DNA from: Candidatus Delongbacteria bacterium
Lineage (GTDB): Bacteria; CAIWAD01
Assembly (NCBI GenBank): GCA_963663545.1
Contig: OY760505.1
Location: forward strand, 544,001 to 608,000
Length of the DNA stretch: 64,000 nucleotides
Direction of reading: 5' to 3'
Below the pieces are notes generated by a model. The model worked only from the letters and a program-made list of their open reading frames with translations. It ran no database searches and was not told the origin of the DNA. The stretch's first letter is position 1. Every line of letters starts with the position of its first letter. Position numbers and translations under genes: made by a program. Shown here in pieces: positions 16,576 to 26,693 of this stretch.

Positions 16576-19356
16576 TCAGCGCACTCCTCTTACTCGACGT
16601 CCCTTGTCACACTCGCCTTGATGCGCAAAAGCGCAGCGTATAAGTTCCAGCTGCTCACTGCGATGGCGGGCGGAAATTCCTGTAGCCGTTGCCGCAGCCT
16701 CAGGCCGGCTGATCAAGCGCAGTGGCCGCAGGGTAAACTGGCGCAGCAGCCAAGTCCACGCCCCCATATTGGCCGGCTCTTCCTGTACCCAGCACCATTC
16801 CGCAGCGTCATAGCGCGCCACCAGCTCGCGCAGGGCAAACAGCGGCAGTGGCGCCACCTGTTCCAGACGTATCACGGCCACATCCTCGCGCTCCAGCTCT
16901 TCGCGCCGCGCAAGCAGCTCGTAGTAGATTTTGCCGGAGCACAGGAGGACGCGTGTCACACGACCTGCATCAACCTGGTTGTCGTCAATGACTTCCTGAA
17001 AACGGGACTCACCGGCCAGATCAGCCAGCGAACTTACACAGCGCGGATGACGCAGCAGACTCTTGGGCGACATCACCACCAAGGGGCGACGGAACTCGCG
17101 CTTGAGTTGCCGTCTGAGCAGATGATAGAAACTGGCGGGTGTGGAGGGCACCGCCACCTGCATGTTCTCTCGCGCACACAATTGCAGCCACCGTTCCAGA
17201 CGCGCGCTGCTGTGCTCGTGACCTTGGCCTTCGTAGCCGTGGGGCAGCAAAACCACCAAGCCGCTGTGCTGATGCCATTTGACTTCGCTGCAACTGATGA
17301 ACTGGTCGAAGATGATCTGCGCTCCGTTGGCGAAATCGCCGAACTGGGCTTCCCAAATCGTCAGGCCTTCGGGTGTCACCGTGGAGTAGCCGAACTCCAA
17401 CCCCAGCACGCCGTATTCCGACAAGGGCGAATTGAGCGTCTGAAAGGGCGCCTGTCCTTCTTCGATGTGACACAAGGGGAACCAGCGGTCCTCGCTGTCT
17501 TCTATGGCCAAACCAGCGTGCCTGTGACTGAAGGTGCCGCGCACGCTGTCCTGACCCGAAAGACGAACCGGATGGCCTTCGCGCAACAGTGTGGCGTAAC
17601 ACAGCCACTCGGCTGTAGCCCAATCCAGGCCTTCGCCCGCGCGCACGGCGTCCAGCCGCCCGGCAATGATCCGGCGCGCCTTGGCCACTAGCGCTTTGTC
17701 TTCCGGCAGATTGAACGCGCGCTCTGCTGTATCACGCAGATAGTCCGCGCTCACTCCCGTTACAGGCGAGGGCTGGGCAAAATCCTCACTGCGACCGGGC
17801 CGGTAGGGGCGCCAGACGCCGCCCAGATAGCTCCGCTCACGGATCATGCGAATCTCGGCGGCCACGGTCAGTTCCTGCTCCATCAGCTCACGGAACTCCG
17901 CTTCGATGGCACGCGCCTCCTCCGCACGAAGACTACCGGCCTGAATCAATTTGGCGCGGTAGACCTCCAGCGGATTCGGGTGCTTGGCAATGGCCTTGTA
18001 AAGCAGCGGCTGGGTGAAGCGCGGCTCGTCGCCCTCGTTATGGCCGTGTTTGCGATAACCCAGGATGTCGATGAAGACATCGCGGTGAAAGCGCTCGCGG
18101 AACTCCAGCGCCACCCCAATGGCCCAAGTCACGGCTTCGACATCGTCGCCGTTAACGTGGAACACGGGCGAGAGTGTCACCTTGGCGATATCGGTGCAGT
18201 AAGTGCTGGAGCGGCCTTCGCGGTAGTTGGTGGTAAAACCCACCTGGTTGTTGAGAATGATGTGAATGGTACCGCCCACACCGTAGCCCTCCAGATCGGA
18301 GAGTTGCAGTACCTCGTAGACAACGCCCTGAGAAGCAACGGCGGCATCACCGTGGATCAGAATGGGCGCAATGCGGCTTGTATCACCGTGATACTCACGC
18401 TGCAGCTTGGCACGCACAATACCGGTAACCACCGGATCCACCGCCTCCAGATGCGAAGGATTAGGGGCCAGTGATACATGGATTTGCTTTCCGTCGCGTG
18501 TCACATGATTGGTCGAATAACCCAGGTGATACTTGGCATCGGTGGTGAAGCCCTCTTCTTCATATTCCACATCGCCGAACTCGGCAAAGATGTCGCGCAG
18601 CGGCTTCTGCAGGATGTTGGCCAGAATGTTCAGACGCCCACGGTGCGGCATGCCAATGACAAACTCCTGCATGCCCATGTTGGAGCCCTGCTGCAGAATG
18701 GCATCCAGCGCGGGCACCACCGTATCGACGCCTTCAATGGAAAAGCGCTTTTGGCCGACGAAGCGCGTGTGTAGCAGCTTCTCCAGTAGCACGGTGCGCG
18801 TAAGGGTACGATAAAGCTGGTGCTGCTCGTCAACGGTAAAGCCACGCCGACTGCGGCAGCTCTCGATGCGCTTCTGCAGCCACTCGACAACCTCAGGCTG
18901 GCGCATATAGCGGTATTCCACGCCCACATTGCCGGTGTAGGTGGCCTGCAAGTGTTCTAGAATTTGTGCCAGTGTAGCACGCCCTAACCCCAGCGCCTTG
19001 CCGGATTCGAAGACCTGCTCCAGATCCTGCTCGCTCAGGCCGAACTGCTCCAGACTCAGGTCCGGGCGAAAACGGCGCGGCGTGCGCACGGGGTTGGTTT
19101 GGCAGAACAAGTGGCCGCGAGTGCGATAGGCGGTAATCAGGCGCATCACGCGGCTTTCACGCTCGTAGCGTAACGTATCCGCGCTGCTTGAGCCCTGCCG
19201 GGGCGCATCCTCGCGGGCGGCAAAATCAAATCCGGCGAAGAAATAACGCCAGCTCTCTTCTACGGATTCTGGATCACGCCGGTACTGTTCATACAGGTCC
19301 TCAAGTACGGCAGGATCCAATTGCTGCAGAAAGTCGTCGGCGTGCCGTGGAATCAT
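16576..19356 (-). CDS. sucA: 2-oxoglutarate dehydrogenase E1
   Basis: GQKRFSIEG, GMPHRGRLN, NPSHLE, HGDAA, RLSGQD..RGTFSHRH, WEAQFGDFANGAQ; start ATG overlaps the macrodomain stop (ATGA). Confidence 0.97.
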   Translation of the reverse strand: MIPRHADDFLQQLDPAVLEDLYEQYRRDPESVEESWRYFFAGFDFAAREDAPRQGSSSADTLRYERESRVMRLITAYRTRGHLFCQTNPVRTPRRFRPDLSLEQFGLSEQDLEQVFESGKALGLGRATLAQILEHLQATYTGNVGVEYRYMRQPEVVEWLQKRIESCRSRRGFTVDEQHQLYRTLTRTVLLEKLLHTRFVGQKRFSIEGVDTVVPALDAILQQGSNMGMQEFVIGMPHRGRLNILANILQKPLRDIFAEFGDVEYEEEGFTTDAKYHLGYSTNHVTRDGKQIHVSLAPNPSHLEAVDPVVTGIVRAKLQREYHGDTSRIAPILIHGDAAVASQGVVYEVLQLSDLEGYGVGGTIHIILNNQVGFTTNYREGRSSTYCTDIAKVTLSPVFHVNGDDVEAVTWAIGVALEFRERFHRDVFIDILGYRKHGHNEGDEPRFTQPLLYKAIAKHPNPLEVYRAKLIQAGSLRAEEARAIEAEFRELMEQELTVAAEIRMIRERSYLGGVWRPYRPGRSEDFAQPSPVTGVSADYLRDTAERAFNLPEDKALVAKARRIIAGRLDAVRAGEGLDWATAEWLCYATLLREGHPVRLSGQDSVRGTFSHRHAGLAIEDSEDRWFPLCHIEEGQAPFQTLNSPLSEYGVLGLEFGYSTVTPEGLTIWEAQFGDFANGAQIIFDQFISCSEVKWHQHSGLVVLLPHGYEGQGHEHSSARLERWLQLCARENMQVAVPSTPASFYHLLRRQLKREFRRPLVVMSPKSLLRHPRCVSSLADLAGESRFQEVIDDNQVDAGRVTRVLLCSGKIYYELLARREELEREDVAVIRLEQVAPLPLFALRELVARYDAAEWCWVQEEPANMGAWTWLLRQFTLRPLRLISRPEAAATATGISARHRSEQLELIRCAFAHQGECDKGRRVRGVR

Positions 19357-19931
19357 GCCTGCGTTCCATCCTGCTCGCCATCCGGCTCCAGCAACCGGCG
19401 ATAAGCGGCCAGGCATTGCTCGTCGTAACACACCAGTGCCACGCGAATGATGCCGGGCTCGTCACGCAATCCGCGGCGCACTTCGGCCAGCGCAATGGCG
19501 GCTGCTTCTTCAACGGGGTAGGCAAAGACTCCGCAGGAAATGCAGGGAAAAGCCAGCGAGCCGATGCCGCCCGCCGAGGCAATGCGAAACACGCTGCGGT
19601 AGCACTTGGCCAGCAATTCGGCCTCGTTCTCCTGACCGCCCTGCCAGACCGGTCCTACCGTATGTATCACATAGGTTGCCGGTAGATCGTGGCCGCGCGT
19701 GATACGCGCCTCGCCCGTGGGACAACCGCCCAGGCGTCGGCATTCGTCCAACAGCGCCGGACCCGCAGCGCGATGAATGGCACCGTCCACGCCACCACCG
19801 CCCAGCAAAGATTCATTGGCGGCGTTGACCACCGCTTCCACATCCATCTGCGTGATGTCGCCCAGCACCAGCTCGATGCGGGCGTCTACGGCACTATAGT
19901 CCTCGCTGCTCTTCGTCTCGTCCAAATCCAT
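19353..19931 (-). CDS. Macrodomain protein (YmdB/MacroD-type O-acetyl-ADP-ribose deacetylase)
   Basis: GDIT, VNAANESLLGGGGVDGAIHRAAG, VIHTVGPVW, AFPCISCGVFAYP; start MDLDET with AGGAG RBS. Confidence 0.92.
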   Translation of the reverse strand: MDLDETKSSEDYSAVDARIELVLGDITQMDVEAVVNAANESLLGGGGVDGAIHRAAGPALLDECRRLGGCPTGEARITRGHDLPATYVIHTVGPVWQGGQENEAELLAKCYRSVFRIASAGGIGSLAFPCISCGVFAYPVEEAAAIALAEVRRGLRDEPGIIRVALVCYDEQCLAAYRRLLEPDGEQDGTQA

Positions 19932-19939
19932 TCGTTCTC

Positions 19940-20299
19940 CTAGCGGGCCAGCATGGGACCCAGGGACTTTCCGCCAAAGAGATGAAAGTGCAGATGCGGC
20001 ACTTCCTGACCCGCATCCTCTGCATGGTTCGCCAGGATGCGATAGCCGGGCTCCGCCAGCCCCAGACTTCGCGCCACCGTTCCCAGGGCACGCATCAGGC
20101 CAGCAATTTCTTCTGCGCTGGCCTTGCTGCTGAAATCGTCCAGCGAGCAATACGGACCTTTGGGAATGACCAGGACATGTACCGGCGCCTGCGGGTTGAT
20201 GTCGTGGAAGGCCAGAGCCCACTCGTCCTCGTACACTTTGTTGCAGGGAATTTCGCCGCGCAGGATGCGGGCAAAGATGTTCTGGTCATCGTAGGTCAT
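19940..20299 (-). CDS. Histidine triad (HIT/HinT-like) nucleotide-binding protein
   Basis: NIFARILRGEIP, DINPQAPVHVLVIPK, GQEVPHLHFHL. Confidence 0.95.
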   Translation of the reverse strand: MTYDDQNIFARILRGEIPCNKVYEDEWALAFHDINPQAPVHVLVIPKGPYCSLDDFSSKASAEEIAGLMRALGTVARSLGLAEPGYRILANHAEDAGQEVPHLHFHLFGGKSLGPMLAR

Positions 20300-20389
20300 G
20301 GTGAAACTCCACTTGGACCGAAAGTTTGTCAAGCTACGAAAGTTAGGACCGCCTGTCATCCCCGTACGACAACAAAGCGTGCAAATCGC

Positions 20390-21457
20390 CTACAAGCCCA
20401 GCTTCTTGCTGAGCTGTGCGCAGGTCTCAGCCACCAGCCGATCCAGCTCGTTGCCGAACAACAGGCTGCGTGCCTTGCTGCCGCTGTCGGCCTGGCGTTC
20501 TACTCGGGAACAGACCGAAAGCAGCGTCCGGCCACTTGCGGGCTGCAGCAGACTCAGATTCATCTCCAGAGTGGCCAGGTAGAACAAGCGGTTCACATCG
20601 CGTTCTTCGAGGCAGAGTTGCCCCTGCAGCAATAGTGGGGCACCGGCTGATTCAGAAACTCGCAGCGGCAGAAGATGGCCCAGTTCGCTAGCCAGACGAC
20701 GCTGCAAAGGCGGCACTTGAAGCCCGTTGGCATCGTCGACCATGCTAAGTCTCACACCCAGTTCGATGCCGTTCAGTGCTCGACGAATTTCATCGTCGAT
20801 TCGATCCAGGCGTCCCAGTTGCCCGGGAGTAAAACCGCTGTAGTTCTCTCGCAGGCCGCAGAGGCCGCGACGTCGCAGGAGCAGTTCACCAAAGCGCAGC
20901 CAGCAATCTGCGGGCAAGCTGCCGGGCGACATCTGCTCTTCGAAGCGACGCACCTGCGCTTCCAGCAGCGCCGTGTGCTGATCACGTGAAAACTCAACCT
21001 CACACCAGGCCATATAGTAGTAGCGCAGCCCCTCCGCTTCGTGCAGCTCGTGATGCTCGGTATAGAAAGCATTGGCACGCACGGCGATAACATTGCTGGC
21101 CAGACACTGCAGACGACTGTTGGTGTAGACGTCGGCGGACAGCACTTCGGCGCTGTTGCCCTGTGTCACGAGACTGTCGACCAGGCTGTAGCTCAAACGA
21201 CTCTCGATGGAGTTGATGATGGCACTACGTGCATTGCGCAGCGCCTCGTCGCGTGCGTCCGCCAAACTCGCCTGCGGATGTGATACACCAATGAAAATGC
21301 CGGGGCCGCTTCGCGTTTTTAAACCGCAGTCGCCTTCGCGCTCGCGTACTACATCGCTCCCGAGCGGAATGCTGGTTGAGCAGGCAGAAAGAAGCAACAG
21401 CGCCAAAGACAACAGGCATAGGCAAAGGGGCTTGAAGTGAAAACGACGAGGGTTCAC
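20390..21457 (-). CDS. Lipoprotein, LPP20-like N-terminus
   Basis: Lipobox LSAC; FIGVS...ARDEALRNAR..I resembles the 328 and 987 lipoproteins; GTG start inferred. Confidence 0.65.
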   Translation of the reverse strand: MNPRRFHFKPLCLCLLSLALLLLSACSTSIPLGSDVVREREGDCGLKTRSGPGIFIGVSHPQASLADARDEALRNARSAIINSIESRLSYSLVDSLVTQGNSAEVLSADVYTNSRLQCLASNVIAVRANAFYTEHHELHEAEGLRYYYMAWCEVEFSRDQHTALLEAQVRRFEEQMSPGSLPADCWLRFGELLLRRRGLCGLRENYSGFTPGQLGRLDRIDDEIRRALNGIELGVRLSMVDDANGLQVPPLQRRLASELGHLLPLRVSESAGAPLLLQGQLCLEERDVNRLFYLATLEMNLSLLQPASGRTLLSVCSRVERQADSGSKARSLLFGNELDRLVAETCAQLSKKLGL

Positions 21458-21614
21458 GCACACTCCACTGATCAGGATTCGAGTTTCTGCGACGAAGAAT
21501 GAGCATAACAAATCGGCCTGCGCCGGACCATTCCTTTGCCGAGAAAGGCGTGACTCCCCTGCACAATTGCTAAGCTCCTACGCGAGGAATCACACATCAT
21601 TTCTGGAGCAGGTA

Positions 21615-23705
21615 GTGAAAGGGCAGATAGTACGGTTTGCACTTGGTGTGTTGTTGCTGGCGTTGTCCCTGCAGGCTGAAATGATCGCCGTCATCGATAA
21701 CACACCGAGGCCTCTGGACGGCGTACGCGATCAGCTGATGGATTACATCGTCGATGCCATTCGCACACGCGCACGTGATTGTTTGAGCACAGACTACAAT
21801 GTGCTGACCCGTGAGACGACACTGGCCATTTTGAGCGACAGCGAAATCGATCCAACCGAGTGCATCGGCAGTTGCACACTTGAGATGGCGCGCGCACTGG
21901 CTGCCGATTACCTGGTAAGTACGCAGTTCATTGTAATCGCCGATCGCATTCATTTGCAGATGATTCTCTTTCGCACTGCTGACGGATTGCTGATGGGCTC
22001 AGAGGAGCTGGTGGCGCAGGACGAGAGCGCCTTGGTGAACCAATTGCCCGAGTACACGGCACGCCTCTATGCTCGTATCGACGTACCCGTCGCCTCGTTC
22101 TCGTCGAAGGAGCGCAACAGCATTGAGCTGACGAGCTCGCCGCCGGGTGCTGCCGTCTACGTGAATCAAGACTACTTCGGCACCACTCCGCTGACTCTGG
22201 AATTGCCTCGCGGTCGGCAGCAGTTCAAGTTCTCGCTGGCGGGTTATCTGGATGCTGAACAACAGCTGCAACTAGTGCGTGATACAAGCCTCTGCGTGGA
22301 TCTACTCTCCGCTTTTGCGACGGTGTCTATTCGATCAACACCCACGGGGCAGCCGGTACTGGTGGATGGCAATGCCCAGGGCGTGACACCGCTACTTGCG
22401 CTGGCGCTTTCGCCGGGTCAGCACCGCATTTCCGTCGGCGAGCAAACGCTGTACTATCCCAACGAGCAGGCGCTGTTCCTGACGCGCGGCGAACACCGCG
22501 AGCTACAGATGGACCCGGTGCTGCGCGCAGGGGCCTGTGAACTGAATGCACATGGCCCCGACGGAGCGTTGAGTGCTACCGTTTACGTGGACGGTCAGGA
22601 GGTGGGACAAACCCCCTTCCGCGGGCAGTTGCCCGTTGGTCGACACGACCTGCGCGTGCTGGGACACAGTGAGCGCGTTCAGGTCAGCGAGGGCAAAGCT
22701 CTGGTTCTCAACTGGGAACTAAGCCACAAGGACGGCGTGGAAGCCTCACTCAACAGTACGCCCTCTGGCGCACGCGTATACTTGGACGACGAATACCTTG
22801 GCCGGACTCCGCTGGAATGCCGGCATTTGCCGGGCACCTACAAATTGCGCCTGCTCGCCGACGATCATGAAGAACTGATCCGTGATCTGCAATGGTACGA
22901 AGGGGGTCGCTACAGCTACAAACTGCAGACCTATATGGCCACGGTAGCCGTCCTCGTCCGCAAAGCCGACAGTTCCTGGCCGGTTCATGTGGATGGACGC
23001 CAGGTGGGGTCCACTCCTTGGGAGGGCGAACTCGGCATCGGCAGACACAGGCTGCGGGTTGGGCGATACGAAAGCTCCATCACGCTGAAAGCCGGGGAAC
23101 GGGAACAATTGACACTTTCGCAGCGGCAGGTGCTTCCCACGCCACCCGTTCGCAGCGGTTGGTACTTCGGCATAGGGTCGCCCGTACCTCAATGGAAGGA
23201 CGAAGGCGCCATTGAGTGGCATCACGATGAGCATGAAGACGAGGAGGATTCCAGCGGCGAGATCAACCGGCTGCTGCTGAACTTCGGCATGCTCTGGCAG
23301 AGCCCGCGCTGGCAGTGGGAATTCGGCTATGTGAACTATCGTATGGACTACGACAGTGCCGCAGACAGTGCGTCCTTCTGCCTGCGTTGGGGCGCCCTCG
23401 ATGCCAGCCTGCACTTCCGTCTGCCTCTGTCCCACAAGGATCCTTTCCGGCGCTTCGGCTGGCAACTCGGATTGGGGGGCGGAGTCATGGAGCCCGTGCA
23501 CAATCAGCTTCGCACGAATGGCGAAAAGGATCACCTGGAAATGAAGGACCCGCTCTACTTCCTGAGCGGCATGCTCGGCTACTACAGCACTGGCGGAATG
23601 AACCTGGAATTCGGCTATCGCAGCTTCAGCCGGGAGTTGAAGAGCGTGCCTGTTTCCAGCTTCAAACCCAATTGTTGGTTTCTGCGCTTGAGCTTCTGTG
23701 ATTGA
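21615..23705 (+). CDS. Exported multi-PEGA protein with probable C-terminal outer-membrane beta-barrel
   Basis: Signal peptide; shared N-terminal domain; PEGA repeats (SSPPGAAVYVN..FGTTP); amphipathic aromatic strands ending WFLRLSF. GTG start inferred. Confidence 0.8.
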   Translation: MKGQIVRFALGVLLLALSLQAEMIAVIDNTPRPLDGVRDQLMDYIVDAIRTRARDCLSTDYNVLTRETTLAILSDSEIDPTECIGSCTLEMARALAADYLVSTQFIVIADRIHLQMILFRTADGLLMGSEELVAQDESALVNQLPEYTARLYARIDVPVASFSSKERNSIELTSSPPGAAVYVNQDYFGTTPLTLELPRGRQQFKFSLAGYLDAEQQLQLVRDTSLCVDLLSAFATVSIRSTPTGQPVLVDGNAQGVTPLLALALSPGQHRISVGEQTLYYPNEQALFLTRGEHRELQMDPVLRAGACELNAHGPDGALSATVYVDGQEVGQTPFRGQLPVGRHDLRVLGHSERVQVSEGKALVLNWELSHKDGVEASLNSTPSGARVYLDDEYLGRTPLECRHLPGTYKLRLLADDHEELIRDLQWYEGGRYSYKLQTYMATVAVLVRKADSSWPVHVDGRQVGSTPWEGELGIGRHRLRVGRYESSITLKAGEREQLTLSQRQVLPTPPVRSGWYFGIGSPVPQWKDEGAIEWHHDEHEDEEDSSGEINRLLLNFGMLWQSPRWQWEFGYVNYRMDYDSAADSASFCLRWGALDASLHFRLPLSHKDPFRRFGWQLGLGGGVMEPVHNQLRTNGEKDHLEMKDPLYFLSGMLGYYSTGGMNLEFGYRSFSRELKSVPVSSFKPNCWFLRLSFCD

Positions 23706-23938
23706 GTAGAAAAGCCGACTCGATGCAGATGACGGAAAAGCCGCGGCACAAGCCAGTATCGCTTACCGCTGCTACCTTCCGGTCCTGACGGGGTTGGGCA
23801 ACCTGTCATTGCGCGGTCCCCATCATCTGCACAGAGTCGGCAGGCCCCAATTGTAGCAAAGCTCTGCCGGACTTACCACCTGCCACAGCAGGACAGACCT
23901 GAAGTGCTATCTTTGAGCAAGTGTGTCACGAGGACCGC

Positions 23939-24805
23939 ATGAGACAATCTCCCCTCAAACTATCTCTACCCCGGCTGTTCGTGTGGAGTCTGCTGGCGCT
24001 GCTCTGCCTTTCCTGTGTTGAATCACAGCTCCTGCGCGAAGCCGTCAAACAGAGCCTACGCGAACAACCGCGCTCTACGCCACAACAGCGCGCCCATCAA
24101 CAAGCTGAGGATCCCGAAGTCGCGATGCTGGACAGTATGCTGCGTCTGGTGACACAGGACGTTGGCATCGACCCTGACGAGGGATCGGTGCAGAAGGCCA
24201 TCTGGCGCATTCGTATCATGAAATTCAATCTGCGCGCGGCCCGGCAATCCCTGGAAAACGCGCGCAATGAGATTTTCGACCTGGCAGCAAGCACCGAAGA
24301 AAAGCGTGCCTTGAAGGAGCTGGATGAGCGTATCGAAGCCAGCGAGGGGCAGGAGCGCGAAGAACTGGTGGCTGAACGCGTTCGCGTGCAGGACGAAAGC
24401 ATCGAGCGCGCCCGCGCGGATGGCGAATTGGAACGCAAGAAACTCACCGGTGAGCAAGCCAAGAGCTTCGGGTTGCTCTTGTACAACCTGGGCGTCGGCG
24501 TCATCTGCGACAACCTTGTGATACGCCACGGTGGGCACGTCAGCAAGGATTTCTATCGCGTGAAGAACGACCTCTTCGACGCTGGCGGTGTCGCGGGTAT
24601 GCTCGCCTGGGGCAGCGTGCTGGAGTACCACACTGAGTTCATCGCTGTCCCCACGGACATGATCCAGATCTTGCAGGAAGTGCCGTTGCAGTTGCAGGCA
24701 CTGCTGCACATGATCGACACAATCCGCATTCTGAAGAAGAACAACGAGATCGAGGAGCGCGAACCCGAACTCGGCAAGAGCTACGAATCGGAAGAAGACT
24801 TCTAA
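23939..24805 (+). CDS. Hypothetical alpha-helical lipoprotein
   Basis: Lipobox-like CLSC; charged coiled-coil-like stretches; no family recognised. Confidence 0.65.
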   Translation: MRQSPLKLSLPRLFVWSLLALLCLSCVESQLLREAVKQSLREQPRSTPQQRAHQQAEDPEVAMLDSMLRLVTQDVGIDPDEGSVQKAIWRIRIMKFNLRAARQSLENARNEIFDLAASTEEKRALKELDERIEASEGQEREELVAERVRVQDESIERARADGELERKKLTGEQAKSFGLLLYNLGVGVICDNLVIRHGGHVSKDFYRVKNDLFDAGGVAGMLAWGSVLEYHTEFIAVPTDMIQILQEVPLQLQALLHMIDTIRILKKNNEIEEREPELGKSYESEEDF

Positions 24806-24828
24806 GTCCGCTTCCACTCAAGGAGAGC

Positions 24829-24861
24829 AAAAAGGCCCGTCGTAACACGGGCCTATTAATT
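24829..24861. terminator. Bidirectional intrinsic terminator between convergent genes
   Basis: aaaa-aggcccgt-cgtaac-acgggcct-attaat. Confidence 0.75.
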
Positions 24862-24876
24862 CTCAACCAGCGTGAC

Positions 24877-26418
24877 TCAGTGAAGACCGACAATGCGATA
24901 AAAGCCGATCACAGCCGTGCCGGGATTGACGTTGAGGCTCAGCGAAGGTGTAATGGTCACCGGTGTCCAGGGGCCATCGTAGGTGTCGGCGTGATCCAGA
25001 CGATAGACCACAGCGTCGTCGATGGCATCCCAGCTGAAATAGAGCAAAGTACCGTCGGTTGTAACACGCAGATCGGTGGAAGGCTCGGGCGGCTGAACGG
25101 TGCCCAACTGCGCGCCCAGTACAATCTGCTCGCTACCAGCGCTGGTGTACACTGTCAAAACGGCTGCTGGCGTTTCACCGCAATCTTCAAGCGGAGTCAC
25201 GGTGGGACTGACACTCTGGCCAGCCGTGATACTGGTGGGCATACCGGTAAGAGTGAAGCAGGACGGTGATACATTCCAGCTGGTGATACTCAGTGTCGCT
25301 GTTCCCGGATTAGCCAGCACCAAACCGTCGTAGGCCGTGCCCGCGCTGCAGGATCCCAGCAACAGCGAATCATCGGGCCAAAGCGAGAACTCTGCCGAGG
25401 TAGCGAAATCGGCACTTCCTGTGAAAGAGGCAATGCGATCCAGCAAACCCGGTTGTGCCACAAAGGGATTCAGATTGTGCTGGTAGGAGTTGATCTCGAC
25501 GTTGCGGTTGATTTCCCACGTGTCGGGTGGATCCAGCGTGTGCCAGCCGCGTAACACGGTTTCCTGATTGGCCAGATTCAGGAAGCTCTCGCGATTCCCC
25601 CAGCGCAGCGCAAAATAGAAGACCGCGCGCGCGCAGTCGCCCTTGTGCTGCAGGCGGGGCTCGAAGACCAGCACGCCCGAGGAGTTTGTCCCACGGTCGG
25701 CGCCACTCTGGGGATATCCGCTGCTGGAGACCACCACTTCTCCAAAGGGCAGGTTGCCGCGACTTGTGTTGATGGTGGACTTGCTGGGAAAGAGGTGATG
25801 CAAATCGCTGCGGGCATCACCCTCGGCTCCATAACTCTGCGGCCAGGTGTGCTCCGTATTCATCACCGTGTGGTCGGGAATTCCGCTGGTTTGCAGCATG
25901 AAGCCGGTGTAAACGCCTTCTACCCAACCATTGACGTTGTCAATGTCGCCAAACATGGCCGCGCGCGCGTTGTCGTAGCCAATGACGCTCTCGTCATCAA
26001 TCAGGTTCAGCAGTTGCGCTTTGAGGGCGCTGCCCCACAGGTTGTAGGTGCTGTCCCAGGTGGTTCCGGTATAATCGCCCGAACCAGTCCAGGGAATGCC
26101 AGCTGCACCGGCACTGCCCCCAGCCACCAGCATACCGGAATACGCCAGGTTGTGCTCCGGCGAGAAACTCACCGTAACACTGGCGCTGCCGCCAGCGGCC
26201 AGAGTCAGCGTACTCGGGCTGACACTCAACTCACCCGCGCTATCCTCGATGAACTCGAGCACCAAAGGCTCATCACCTGGATTGCTCAGGGTGATACTGC
26301 GCTGCGAGCTAGCACCGGTTGTCACCGTGCCGAAGCTGATGCTGGATTGACCGAACTGCGGCGGTGCCGCCTGCAGTACCGCGGCCAGCGAAAGAAAGAA
26401 CAGAATGGACTTTTTCAT
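24877..26418 (-). CDS. Secreted endonuclease I-family (EndA/NucM) nuclease with ASH/Ig-like domains
   Basis: MNTEHTWPQS, SDLHHLFP..INTSRGNLPFG, FEP...KGDCARAVFY, DPPD.WE..RN, NPFV. Confidence 0.88.
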   Translation of the reverse strand: MKKSILFFLSLAAVLQAAPPQFGQSSISFGTVTTGASSQRSITLSNPGDEPLVLEFIEDSAGELSVSPSTLTLAAGGSASVTVSFSPEHNLAYSGMLVAGGSAGAAGIPWTGSGDYTGTTWDSTYNLWGSALKAQLLNLIDDESVIGYDNARAAMFGDIDNVNGWVEGVYTGFMLQTSGIPDHTVMNTEHTWPQSYGAEGDARSDLHHLFPSKSTINTSRGNLPFGEVVVSSSGYPQSGADRGTNSSGVLVFEPRLQHKGDCARAVFYFALRWGNRESFLNLANQETVLRGWHTLDPPDTWEINRNVEINSYQHNLNPFVAQPGLLDRIASFTGSADFATSAEFSLWPDDSLLLGSCSAGTAYDGLVLANPGTATLSITSWNVSPSCFTLTGMPTSITAGQSVSPTVTPLEDCGETPAAVLTVYTSAGSEQIVLGAQLGTVQPPEPSTDLRVTTDGTLLYFSWDAIDDAVVYRLDHADTYDGPWTPVTITPSLSLNVNPGTAVIGFYRIVGLH

Positions 26419-26635
26419 AGTTGGGCTTCCAAAGCTAATCTGGGCGCACAAACACGGATATTAATATGGAAAGCGCAAGTTGTCGGACGAATACTTTCGC
26501 GTGAGAATTTCATGCAGGTTACGCTGACGACAAAGCTTGTTTCCGTGTTCTAGAGAATTTCCCTGCACCGCATCTGCGCGAAAGCACAGCCGAAATTGTG
26601 AGTGCTACAAGCTCTTTGGTTCACATCCAGTACGC

Positions 26636-26663
26636 AACAAAGCCCCGCTCGCGCGGGGCCTTG
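26636..26663 (-). terminator. Probable intrinsic terminator
   Basis: gccccgc-tcgc-gcggggc preceded by aacaaa, downstream of the 26694 gene. Confidence 0.6.
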
Positions 26664-26693
26664 AAGTGTCACTGAAAACAAGTCCACTCGCTG

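Noticed and set aside
18379..18395. TGTATCACCGTGATACT as a parS site
   Set aside because: Differs from the TGTTNCACGTGAAACA consensus in sequence and spacing; better explained as two adjacent inverted copies of the iterated heptamer within sucA.
19932..20222. N-terminal extension of the macrodomain ORF, and similar extensions on sucA, tpiA, phoR and the HTH gene
   Set aside because: The extensions overlap neighbouring genes or intergenic signals; downstream starts with an RBS or stop-start coupling fit better.
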